NCBI GenBank assembly: GCA_965240325.2
Contig: OZ251223.1
Location: 930,001-994,000 of the forward strand
Source of the DNA: Rebecca billardiae RCC1528
Lineage: Eukaryota > Protista > Haptophyta
DNA: 64,000 nucleotides
Direction: 5' to 3'
Position 1 is the first letter of the stretch. Each line of letters starts with the position of its first letter. Positions 53,301 through 64,000 of the stretch are shown one piece after another. The notes beneath the pieces were generated by a model that saw only the letters and a list, made by a program, of their open reading frames with translations, searched no databases and had not been told where the DNA came from. The position numbers and the translations under genes were made by a program.

Positions 53301-54987
53301 GGAAGTTGCGCTGCGCGAGCGCCTGCGCCTCGCCGAGCATCACCGGCGTGTGTGGCGTGGGCGTGTCCCACGACCGACCGTCGAGGAAGTACTCGTAGTC
53401 GATGTCGACGCCGTCAAACTCGTATGCTGTGACGCGCAGCGGCCAGGGCCACATGTTTGGCGGGCCGCCGGGGCGGGCGGGGCGCGCGCGCAGATGAGAG
53501 TGAGCGCCGAGCGCACTCTGAGGGCGATCAGGATGAGCGCGCGCGCGCTCGTGCGGGCTCGTGGCGGCCAGGCAGGCGCAGCGCAGCGCGCGGGTTATCC
53601 TCGCGCACCTTGCACGAGCGCTTGCAGCTGCGTGACGAGCGCCGCCTCCTTGCCAAAGCAGTGGTCCCAGCAGTGGTTGCCGCCCTTGGTCAGCGAGGAG
53701 TCAGTCCACAGCCCGCCCATGCCGGCGCCGCCAAAGCTGACGAGCACGCGCTTGCCCTGCGCGCGCCACTGCGCGACGATCGCGGGGTCGGCATTGTTGC
53801 CGCAGATGGGCACGGTCGGCGGGACGGTGCACGTCTCGTCGCACAGATTGCCCGACGCAGCCCACGTGTACGTGACTGCGAACGCGACGACAATGGTCGA
53901 GTACGGGGTCACGTCCGCTGGGCAGGGCAGCCAGTTCTCGACGTACATGCTGAGCTCGTGCGCGCGCTCGACGGGCGGTGGCGTCGGCGGCGCGGGCGGA
54001 GGGGCCGGGGGCGACGGGCTGGGCGGCTGCACCGGCGGCGGCGACGGCGACGGCGGGCTGTGGGGGGCGGGCTCGGCGTCAGAGTCGTACGAGGCCACAG
54101 CCGGGCCAGCCAGGTACTCGACGCCAAACTCGCCGTCGTACGCGCGGCGGTAGCAGTTGCCCATGGTCTCGGGCGTGCACCGGGATGCGTCGCTGGGCAA
54201 GTGGTCGAACGGGGATGAGATGCTTGTCACAGGCGCCACCTTGGACAGGAAGGACTCGTGGCTCTCGGACGTGCCGCTGATGGTCACGTCAGCGCAGGTG
54301 GCAAAGAACTCGAGGTCGGTCACCTGCTGCACGGACGCCCACTCCCAGCGCAGCACGCAGTGGTCGCACGACGGGAGCCAGTCCGGAAGCGTCACGGGCC
54401 ACGAGTTCACCGACGGCGGCGAGAGGCCGTTGAAGCCGGCGTCGTACACGTCCTTGTCCACGCAGCCCGGGAAGGCGGCCAGCTTGATCCAGCGCTCTGG
54501 CTCATCCACGTTCGAATCGTACGAGATGTAGCTGGGCCGCGAGGCGGGGCGGGGGGAGGGGGCACGCAGGGCGTGAGGATGCGTTTGCGTGCGCGCGCCA
54601 GCTCGCGCATCTCGGTCGCCCGGCGCACCCGCGACGCTGCGCGCATGCCGCGCGTGGCACTCACAGGTAGCAATCACCAGGGTGCGGCGCACTCAGCTCC
54701 CACGAGACCGTGATGGTCTCACCCGCGGCGTAGGCTTGGAAAGGCGGTGATGCCGGCCGTGACTCACGGCAACGTAAGGCGTTGTGCGAGTACTGGTGCA
54801 TCGAGATCGACAACGGCCCTGCCAGCTTGTACACGGGCTCGTCGAGGCGGTACGTGGCAGTCGGCGACGTGTGCGCTCCGTCGTCGTACTGCGGCAGCCA
54901 GAGCGGAGGGCGAGGGGTGGGCTGGGACATGTGGCCATGGCCACGCGCAAGCGCAGGAAGCAGTGCGAGGAGGAGCCGGCGAGGCAT
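50368..54987 (-). CDS. Multimodular membrane-anchored chitinolytic enzyme: signal peptide - LPMO - GH18 - (PS)n - CBM2-like - (PS)n - GH18 - (PS)n - TM; introns 54532-54664, 53427-53608, 52479-52587, 51914-52034, 51485-51596
   Basis: Signal [16 protein letters not shown] followed by His1 ([11 protein letters not shown]), [24 protein letters not shown]; GH18 motifs SFGG...FDGVDIDYE and SLGGW...MDGIDVDW|EYP, MTYDYHG, WEAS; [24 protein letters not shown]; five GT-AG introns join the exons in frame. Confidence 0.87.
52135..52356 (-). repeat. Coding hexamer repeat encoding a (Pro-Ser)n linker; similar tracts at ~52738-52826 and ~50622-50740
   Basis: (GGCGAG)n on the + strand translates as SPSPSP on the coding strand. 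Confidence 0.9.
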
Positions 54988-56182
54988 CACACGGCGGTGT
55001 CCGAAGGGCGTGGCAGCCGCGCGAGCGAGCAGAAGACGGTGCCGCGGGCTGGGCGGGTCGTTAGCTCCTTGGGCGCGGTGCGGGCGAGGAAAATGATGCC
55101 GCCGACAAGATGATATCAGGAAGGAAAAGGACACCCCGTCGGACGAATGGCCGTTTGCTGGCTTATTCGTTTGACGAATACAAACACTTGGAAGGAAGGT
55201 TCGTCCAGTCGAGTGCATCGAATTCTGAGACGGTGATGACCGAGCCACGATGAATCCAGCAGCTATCTCAAATAAAAAGAGCAATCCGGCGACGTCACCG
55301 GCGGCGGCGGCGGTCCGGCCAGGGCCAAGCGATTTACAGCTTGCCCATGATGCTTTACTAAGACGGCTGGACTCTGACAAGTGACAGCAGAGTAAGAGCT
55401 CACAGTAGCGGAGCCGCGCTGGCAACCGTGCCGTGCGCGGGCTGGCGTGCCGCACAGGGTTATATCACGGTGTCATATCACTATCAGCCATCACGGGCCC
55501 CCGCGCGCGCGGCCCCGACTCGCCCGCGCGGCCCGGCCCGGGGCGGCCCGGCGGCTGACTGCCTCGAGTCCTCACGCGGATCTGACAAATTTACTACCGT
55601 ATAGCTACACGAGCTGCCTGCGGACCGTAGACTCAGACTGGCGCAGCACGGCCCGCGCCGCTGACAGAGATTGAGAGAATAATCATCTAAATGATGGCGC
55701 AAATGTCAATGCGGCCCGCCGGCCCGGGGCCGGGGCTTCCGGGCCGCAGACGCAGTCGCCCGGACCCGGTCGCCGCCGCCGTGAGCGCGCCCCGTCGCCG
55801 TCGGCGCCGCGGCGCGCCGCGGTCGGCGGGGCGGCCGATCCCGGCCATCCGAGAATATACGAGTACCAGGGGGGCTCCGGCTCGTGAGTTCAGAGTTGCC
55901 ACGAGCACGCGGCTTCGCGTCGCGCGAATTAGGCGCAGGCTCGTCGGATTCCGCGCGGATTTGAAAGAGGCCTGCTGAAGCGTCTGCCGGGCCGCAACGC
56001 AGACGCGCGGCTGCGCCATCGGTCGCCCGATGCGCCTTGGTAGACCTATTGGTGAGGTACAAGTAGCAAGCAGATGACCCACGTCACTGCGGCTACAACC
56101 TGCCGCGCGCGCCGCGGCAGCGCCGAGCGCCCGGCGGCGGCGGCCTGAGCCACGTGCTGATCGCCGGGCGCGCGCGGGGCGG

Positions 56183-58086
56183 CTACACGGTGAGTCGGCT
56201 GAGGAGCGCGTGCGTGACGCCGTGCGTCTGGAAGATGGCCTGCGAGAGGTTCATCCCGTGGTGCAGCTGCGCCTTGGCGAGCCATGGGATGCACCCCTTG
56301 ACCATCTCGATGTCGGGGTCGAGCCGGATCGAGAGGCCCTCGCACACCTTCATCGCGAGCGCGATCGTGATGAAGTTGCCCTCGAGCTTGACCTTGTGCG
56401 TGCACGCCAGGTTGAAGATGCGCGCCGTGTACTCGGCAAAGTTCTGGAAGAAGGGCATCGTCTTGGAGTCGTCGATGATCTGCTGGATGCCGTCGCAGAA
56501 GCCGTCCACGTCGGCGCACAGCTGCTCGCTCGCGTTCTCCACCATCAGCTTGCCCGCCTCCTTGCCGTCCCAGCTGAGGAACGCGTGCATGATGGAGAGC
56601 ATCATCTTGTGCGTGTCCGGCCGCAGCTCCTGCGAGGCGGCGGCGGGGACGGGTCGGCGTCGTCGGCGCGGGCGCGTGGGCGCGCGCGCGCGCGCGCGCT
56701 CCGTCCGTTGGCCGCGCGCGCGCGGGCGCACGCGTGCTCGCGCGCGGTGCGGTGCGCGGTGCGCGGCGCGCTCACCTTGACGATGCCCGCGTCGAGGTAG
56801 ATCATGACGAGGTTGCCGACGGTGCCGCTCACGAGGATGTTGCCCGGGTGCAGGTCGCAGTGCACGAAGTTGTCGATGAAGATCATCTTGGCCATCGAGT
56901 TCATGCCGAGGCGCGAGAGCTCCTTCTTCGACTCGGCGCAGCACGCCTCCGACTCGATGAACTGCGTGATGGGCACGCCGTCCTCGAAGGTCTCGATGAG
57001 CACGTCGCGCGAGGTGTGCTCCATCACGGGCAGCGGGATGTGTATGCCCCTGTCCTCCGAGAAGTTCGCGTGCAGCCGCTGCAGGTTGTGCGCCTCCTGC
57101 CGCAGGTCCAGCTGCCACACCATCTGGAGCGCAAAGTCCTCAACCACATCCGGTAGCGAGAGCCAGCGCAGCGCGGGCACGAGCGCGAGCGCGCGCGCGA
57201 TCGAGCGCATGATGTCGAGGTCGACCGCGACCATGTACTCGACCCCCGGGTGGATCACCTTCACCGCCACCTCCATCGGCCCCGTGAGCACGCCGCTCGC
57301 CGCGAGCGGCCGCTTGGGCGTGAGCGTGCCCTTGTACACCTGCGCGATGCAGCCCGAGCCAATCACCTCCGGCCGCAGCCGCAGCTCGGACTCCCAGCCC
57401 GGGCCGAGCTCGCGCGCGAGGATGCGCTGCGTGTCGCGCCACGGGTGTGGGAACACCGAGTCGTGCAGCCGCTCGAACGTCCGGCAGAACTGCTCGGGGA
57501 ACAGGTCGGAGCGCGAGCTCGCCCACTGCGCGAGCTTGATGTACGTCGGACCGGCGCGGTGCACGGCGCGCAGCGCGTACTCCCAGCAGAGCTCCTCGAT
57601 GAGCGGGATCAGCCGGCCAAGCGTCAGCGCGAGCGGCACGCCGAAAACCAGCGGGAGCGAGAGCAGCATCAAGCTCAGCACGCGCCGGATCATCCGCGTC
57701 AAGCGCGAGAGCATGGGGATGTCGTCGTTGATCACGATGCGCGGCTTGCTCGTGCGCCTGACGACGTGCGCGGAGCGCTCGTGGAGGAATTTGCTGTCGC
57801 ACGCGGCCATGCGCTGGTCCGCCAGCGCTCGCGCGGCGCCCCAGGTGCACGCTGCCGCCACCACCACGCCGCCACACTGCGCGCCCATCCGCGCGGCGGC
57901 CGCAGCCGCTGGCTGCGCCAGGACGTGCTCGTGGCGCAGATGCTGCAGGGCGAAGCTCGCGGAAGCGCGCTGGTGGGTGAGTGCGCTCATTGGGCGCTCG
58001 AGCCTCACCAGCGCGCGCGGCGTCGCGGCCGCAAAGGCCGGGCGCCGCGCCCAGCCGGCTCGTCGCATCATCAGGCCCTGCATCAT
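56183..58086 (-). CDS. ABC1/ADCK (UbiB/AarF) atypical kinase, ADCK2-like, probably mitochondrial; intron 56630-56775
   Basis: GPTYIKLAQWASSRSDLFP, GSGCIAQVY, VAVKVIHP, QLDLRQEA, FVHCDLHPGNIL, YLDAGIV|KEL, VKLEGNF; transit-like N-terminus. Confidence 0.9.
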
Positions 58087-58508
58087 CGCGGGTGATGTCA
58101 CCCAGTTCTCCGGCAGCCGCCCTGCGCGGCCCCTTTTCTTTGCTGATGACAGTTTTCATTTTCAATTGCCGAAAGGAGCACGGCGGCGGAAATCTAAATC
58201 TCAGACTGGGCGACCCACATACGCCTCCCAACGGGCGGTTACAAGGCTTCAAGCTGCAGATCATAGCTCGCTCGCGGCGAGATCGGTTCGTTGGCAACCG
58301 ATCTAGCCTACGTCCGAATATGGAGCTTTCGCTCAGATATCGAATTGCAGCGCGACCCATAGCTATCTTTCTTCGGCGCGACTTTAATCAACGCTCAGTT
58401 GCCGCGAGCTCGCTTACCCGCCCAGGGCCCTTGCTTGCCTCAGCAGGGAGGCGACCTCTTGCCACAGGGCGCTCGCCAACCCCCGGCGCCAAGCAGCGCT
58501 TGGCAGCG

Positions 58509-61500
58509 ATGGGTTGCGCGCCGTCCAAGCCCCAGACAGCGGAGAACCCGCAGAGGGCGACCAACTCTCGTGCGTGCTTCCCCGCGCGCGAACGCTCCGT
58601 GCGCAGCCGGGGCGTTTGTGCACGCGCGGACGCCGGACTGCGTTTGGCTGTTTCGCGCGGGCTGCCGGGCTGGTGGTGCCCGCTCACGCGCCGATCTCGC
58701 CGCGCGCACGCGCAGGCCCGACGCTGGCGAGCGACGAGCAGGAGTATGCGCAGCTCAGTGAGGTGCGCAGCCCCTCACGCCGGCCCGCACGCGCGCGCGC
58801 CATTCGGTGTGGCTCACGCCATCAGCGCCCGCGCGTCGGCCTGGCTCGCGCGCCGCAGAAACTCTTCTCGAACGCCGGGAAGGCGCGCACGCTCAAGGAG
58901 GGGGACGTGATCATCGAGGAGGGCAAGATGACCCTCTCGTTCTTCTTCATCCGCGACGGCGTCGTCTCCCTCGTCAAGAAGTCGGGCGACGGCACGCCGG
59001 ACAAGGAGATTGCGAAGCGCAGCAAGGGCAACATCATCGGAGAGATGTCCTTCCTGACTGGCGAGGCGCCGGGTGTGACGATCATCGCGAAGAGCCCGAC
59101 GGTGAGCGTATGGGAGGTGGAGCACAGCCGCGTCGTCGCGCAGCTCAAGTCCAACCCGCACGACCTCGGCCTGCTCTTCAAGATGGTGCGCGGCGCGCTG
59201 GCAGCCGCCGCAGCATGCGCGCGCGCGCACGCGCAGCGGTCGGCCCTGGCCCGATGTGCCGCCCGCGCGCCGTGCGACGACGCGGTGCTGGCGCGCGGTG
59301 CTGACGCGCGCCCTCGCGGCCGGCTGCGTTGGCGGCGGCGGCGGCGACCCTGCGCGCGCTCGCGCCGCGCAGATGGCCACCTACCTGGGCGACCGCATTT
59401 CCGAGCTCTCCTCGCAGCTGCGATCAGAGGTCGCGTCCGATGACGAGGTGACGTCCAAGAAGCTCGCCGCGCCCACCGACGGCGGCGGCGCGCACAACGT
59501 GGTCAAGTACCGGATGCTGTTCGGCATCAAGGGGGAGGAGCAGCTGATGATGCGCACGACGTGCTCGATGCGCAAGGAGGTGAACGCCGTGAAGGACCCC
59601 AACGTCGCCTTCGGCGAGATGTTCATCTTCGAGCAGCACCTGTGCTTTGACTGGAAGGTGTTTGGCTTCCACCGCCAGCTCTCTGTGCCGTTCACCGAGG
59701 TGCTCGCGGTGCTGATCACGCGCACGAAGCAGGTGGAGGTGCAGTGCAAGGGCATGTCGTACGAGCTCAGCTTCACCGAGCGGCAGGACGAGATCCTGCA
59801 GCTCATGGAGCACTGCCGCAAGAACGTGCGCGCGCGCGAGCTGAACGCGGAGCTCAAGTCGTCACTCTCCGAGGGCGGGCGCGAGTGGCTGCAGGGCGAC
59901 GAGCAGGAGATGCTCGCCGAGCTGCTCGAGGACAAGGCGGCGCTGGGGCTGGGCTTCCCGGTGTCGTCGGACAACAAGGGCGGCGCGCAGGCCCTCGACA
60001 TGACGCTCACCGAGAAGGACTGGGAGCTCTTCCTCTCCGGCTCCAAGCTGCGCAAGTACAAGCGCGACGAGACGGTGATCCGCGAGGGCCAGCCGACCGC
60101 CGCGCTGTACCAGATCATGCAGGGGCGCGTGCGCGTCGAGCTGCAGCTGCCGCAGCAGTCCAAGTCGATCGTGGTGGCGCACCGCAGCGCGGGCGACATG
60201 TTCGGCGAGATCTCGCTGCTCAAGCTCGGCCACGCCACCGCCTCCATCGTCGCCGACGACGAGTCGGTCGTGATGTACATTCTCGAGGGCCAGTACCTCG
60301 ACTCGCTCTTTCGCACCGAGCCGGGCCTTCCATCTCGGTTCTACTGCTTCCTCGCCACGACGCAGGCGAGCCGGCTGAAGGAGCTCTCGGCGTCGGCGGT
60401 GTCGTCGACGAAGCGCGAGGTGCACGCGTCGAACTACGCGCGGCTCACCATCTCGCAGGTCATGGGCAACGCCGCGTACAAGCGCATCTACCGCAAGTAC
60501 CTCGTGCGGCACGAGCAGGAGGCGGGCGACAAGAAGCAGTCGGCCGCGTGGCTGCACGCGTTCGAGCTGCACACGGAGGCGATGGCGGTGAAGGTGGCGC
60601 CCGACGCGGAGCAGCTGGTCAAGCTCGGGAACAAGGCGTACGACAAATTCCTCGCGGCCGACGGCGAGGTGAAGGACGGCGTCGCCGTGCGCAAGGCGCC
60701 GGAGGAGACGCTGGAATTTGTGACGGACGCGCACCGCGCGCGCGCGCGCGCCGCGCTCGACGAGGTCGCGCGCAAGGGCGACGACGCGGGGCCCAAGGCG
60801 CTCAAGGAGGCGCGCGCGGCGTTCGCGGACGTGGAGCTCGCGTCGATGCACGCGCTCGAGGGCCCGCCGTTCGACGCGTTCCTCGGCTCGGAGCACTACG
60901 GCTACGTGCTCGAGCTCAAGGCGAAGGAGGGCCACGTGCCCGGCCTCGCAGACTTCAGGCTCGTGCGCGTGCTCGGCCAGGGCGGGTTCGGGCAGGTGCT
61001 CGAGGTGGTGAAGCGCGACTGCGGCAAGCGGTACGCGATGAAGGTGATGCACAAGGAGATGATGCGCCGCTCGCTCGGCTCCTCGTGGCAGCGCAAGATC
61101 GGCCTCGAGCGCGACCTCCTCGCCTCGCTCGACCACCCCTTCCTCGTCAACCTCAAGTACGCGTTCCAGAACACGGAGTTCCTCGTGCTGGTGATGGACC
61201 TCGTGCGCTCGTCCGACCTGAGCGAGTTCGTGCTCGGCAAGCGGCGGCTAACGCGCGCGCAGGTGAAGTGGGTGATCATGGAGGTGATGGTCGTGATGCG
61301 CTACATCCACAAGCAGGGCGTGCTCTACCGGGACCTCAAGCCCGAGAACCTGCTCGTCGACGCAGACGGCCACATTCGGCTGATTGACATGGGGCTCGCC
61401 GCGCGCATCTCGGAGAAGCACCCAAAGCGCATGTCGCGCGTCGGAACGGACATCTACATGGCGCCCGAGGTGCGGTTCGTGAAGGAGCGCAAGGAGGGGT

Positions 61501-62232
61501 ACGGCGTGCTCGCGGACTGGTACACCGTCGGCGTGCTCATGTACGAGCTCACCACGGGGCACACGCCGTACGTGATCAACGACGACCACGACCCGCCCTA
61601 CCGCGAGCACCCGTTTGGCGACGATCGGATGGATGACTTTGTGCGCCGGCTGTGCGAGAAGGACAAGAAGCGCCGCCTCGGCGCGGGCGCGAGGGGCGTG
61701 AACGAGATCTTCGAGCACCCGTTCTGGGAGGGCATCGACTGGGAGGTCGTGGAGAAGCGCACGATGCCGAGCCCGATGCTCTCCATCGGTGCGCGCTCGG
61801 CGGGCGCGAGTCGGGCGCGCGAGCGCGCGTGCGGCGGCGCCCCGCGAGCGCGCGCGCCCGGCTGACTCGCTGCCGCCGCGATCGCGCGCGATACCCTGCG
61901 CGCGCAGAGCGCATGAAGCTGGGCCGCAAGAAGAAGGAGAAGGAGAACCAGGCGCAGCAGACCGCGAACGACCTCGCCGAGGCTGAGCGAGAGGAGTTCG
62001 ACGACGAGTTCCACCTCAAGGTGAGACAGCAACGAGCCGCCGCGCGCACCGCCGCGCACCGCACCGCGCGCACCGCGCCGCGCGCGCGCCGCTTCGACGT
62101 GGCTCACGCAGCGCGCGCCCCTGCTGCCCGCGTGCGCACTGCTGGCGTGTGCAGTCGTGGGACTTTGTGGCGCCGGCGGCCATCGTAGAGGAGTACCTCG
62201 AGAACATCAACCACACAATCTCGACCATCTGA
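58509..62232 (+). CDS. Lipid-anchored AGC/GRK-like Ser/Thr kinase with two cNMP-binding-like domains, a GRAM/PH-like and an RGS-like domain; introns 58570-58715, 58763-58858, 59186-59372, 61789-61907, 62021-62154
   Basis: MGC N-terminus; GDVIIEEG...IIGEMSFL and VIREG...MFGEISLL; GEMFIFEQHLCF; helical region ending FDAFLGSEHY; LGQGGFG, YAMK, YRDLKPEN, DMGLA, GTDIYMAPE; C-terminal SWDFV. Confidence 0.85.
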
Positions 62233-62669
62233 TGCCGCTGCTGAGCCTGATGATGGACGTCGATCGACAACACCTGCGGCAGCGGGCGGCGCGCCGCCAC
62301 CGGCGCGGCACGTGACGTTAATTGCGTGTACTAACTGTTACACACGATCCGCCGCGGGGGAACCGTCTCCGGTTCAGACTCTGGCGCTGATTGATGCTGC
62401 GCGCGTACTCGTCATCGTCGATTCGTCTGATTATGTTTGCTATTCGGCGGCAGCAGGCCGGCAGCGGCGGCGGGGGCTGCCGTGCCGCGTGCGCGGCGGT
62501 CGGCGGTCGGCGTCACTGGCTTCGTTGCCAACTCGACGGGAGCGCGATCGAAAAAGGAAACGCATTTTGGGGGGCGCCCGCTTTAAAAAAAATATTTGCG
62601 CCAACCGCCGCCCCCCCGGGCCGGACGCGTCGCGCCCCACCCCGTGCCGCGGCGCCCGCCACCGCCGAG

Positions 62670-63551
62670 ATGCCCGTCACATTCGTGCGCATCCCGTGCG
62701 ACAGCTCGGCTCCGCTCGAGGAGCTGACACTCGAGGATCCCGCTGGCGGCAAGAAGGCGGGCGAGGACCTGCTGCGCGCGCACCTCGTGCCCAAGTTCAA
62801 GCAGGGCTCCGTCGACCCAGGCGCCGTCAAGAAGCAGCTCGGTGACTACTCGGCGCAGCTCGACATGTCCATGCTCGAGCAGGGTGCGGTGGAGACCTTC
62901 CCGCTCACGCGGCCGACCGACGTCAATCGGCAGGTAGGCGTCACCCTGTACTTGGACGAATGCGGCGTCCTCAAGAACCTGCCGCGCAACGAGCGCGCGA
63001 CGGCGCTCGCCGAGCAGGCAGGACACACCACCCCGTTCCATGGCGACATCTACGTCTCGCGCGAGCAGCACGGGCCGGACGGGCGGCAACTCGCAGACTT
63101 CACGCTGGCGGACATGTCATCGGACGCGCCGTGGCTCCTCAGTGCCCCGGCGCAGAACTATGAGCACGCCGTCGCGACGAAGAAGCTGCACGACTCGATG
63201 GGCGACGGCTTTCAGCACATCAAGCTGAACGAGGGCATGGACGGCACCGACCTGACCAGCGGCGGTGGCGAGGGGTACACGTGGACGCAGACGTCGGAGG
63301 AAGTCGAGGTGGTCATCCCCGTCGCGGCTGGCGTCAAGGCGCGCGAGGTGCACGTCAAGTACGGCGTCGGCTCCTTGCTCGCGAGAGTTGGCGGCAGCGA
63401 CCCAGTCCTCGACGCTCAGCTCGAAGGGCGCATCCGACCGGACGAGTCCAGCTGGAGCATCAGTGGCGATGGGGACTCGCGGACGCTGCAGATCACGCTC
63501 GAGAAGCAGACACCTGGACCATGGAAGTCGCTGCTCGCCGGGAGCAGCTAG
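62670..63551 (+). CDS. CS/p23 (NudC-like) domain protein
   Basis: YTWTQTSEEVEVVIPV...LEGRIRPDESSWSI...LQITLEK; N-terminal region with LYLDECGVLKNLPRNERAT..FHGD. Confidence 0.8.
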   Translation: MPVTFVRIPCDSSAPLEELTLEDPAGGKKAGEDLLRAHLVPKFKQGSVDPGAVKKQLGDYSAQLDMSMLEQGAVETFPLTRPTDVNRQVGVTLYLDECGVLKNLPRNERATALAEQAGHTTPFHGDIYVSREQHGPDGRQLADFTLADMSSDAPWLLSAPAQNYEHAVATKKLHDSMGDGFQHIKLNEGMDGTDLTSGGGEGYTWTQTSEEVEVVIPVAAGVKAREVHVKYGVGSLLARVGGSDPVLDAQLEGRIRPDESSWSISGDGDSRTLQITLEKQTPGPWKSLLAGSS

Positions 63552-64000
63552 TGACCACAACCGATGGTGATGTACTAGCTATCACTACTTTGGGCTATGG
63601 TACCGCCTACGACTGCTCACGGACTACACGGATCACGACTTCAGACTTGGCTTCCGTGACCTCTGGGGCTCTGAGGCTCTCAGATTCTCATCAGCTCTGG
63701 AACGCAGCGCCGGCACCGCGGTTGCCGGTTGGCTGAGGGCACAGCGTTCGACAGTGATTGACAACGCCGCAGTTAGTGTCCGCCGGACGCGGCCTGCACC
63801 GGGCCTGCGCTTAGCTGATAGCTCAGTCCGATCATCCGCTACTACGACCGTACTTGATGTCATCAGTGAACCTTTGGTGCCCACTCCGAGTCGTGGGACA
63901 CCGCCTGAGTGCCGGCGCCGCAGCTGTCTTTATAGGCGAGTCGTCGTGCTGATGACGGCGACGCGATATTCGTCGATGAATGCTCATTGAGAGTCGCGAT

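Noticed and set aside
55100-56150. Short ORFs between the chitinase and ABC1 kinase genes
   Set aside because: No motifs or coding-like composition; treated as promoter and terminator sequence.

Overview
Very GC-rich, gene-dense eukaryotic nuclear DNA with short (about 100-200 nt) CG-rich spliceosomal introns, at least one likely GC-AG intron, and many head-to-head gene pairs. This profile is most like a haptophyte alga such as a Pavlovales/Diacronema-type genome (inference only). About 24 protein-coding genes are supported. Main points: (1) a contiguous cluster of a Rieske quaternary-amine oxygenase, a dimethylglycine dehydrogenase-like gene and a sarcosine dehydrogenase-like gene, possibly a bacterial-style glycine-betaine demethylation pathway clustered in a eukaryote; (2) three intronless SEL1-repeat/MYND-finger genes with 10, 22 and 9 near-identical 108-bp repeats, position-specific hypervariability and mosaic shuffling, two of them in a tandem amplification bounded by copies of the SARDH 3' end; (3) a membrane-anchored LPMO-GH18-CBM-GH18 multi-enzyme; (4) a non-coding element family inserted in (TA)n tracts, one copy with an A-X-BA-Y-B split direct repeat; (5) an unusual lipid-anchored cNMP-GRAM-cNMP-RGS-like AGC/GRK-like kinase; (6) a ~400-bp inverted duplication between two divergent genes. 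Exon boundaries and family calls were read by eye from motifs; no database searches were run.
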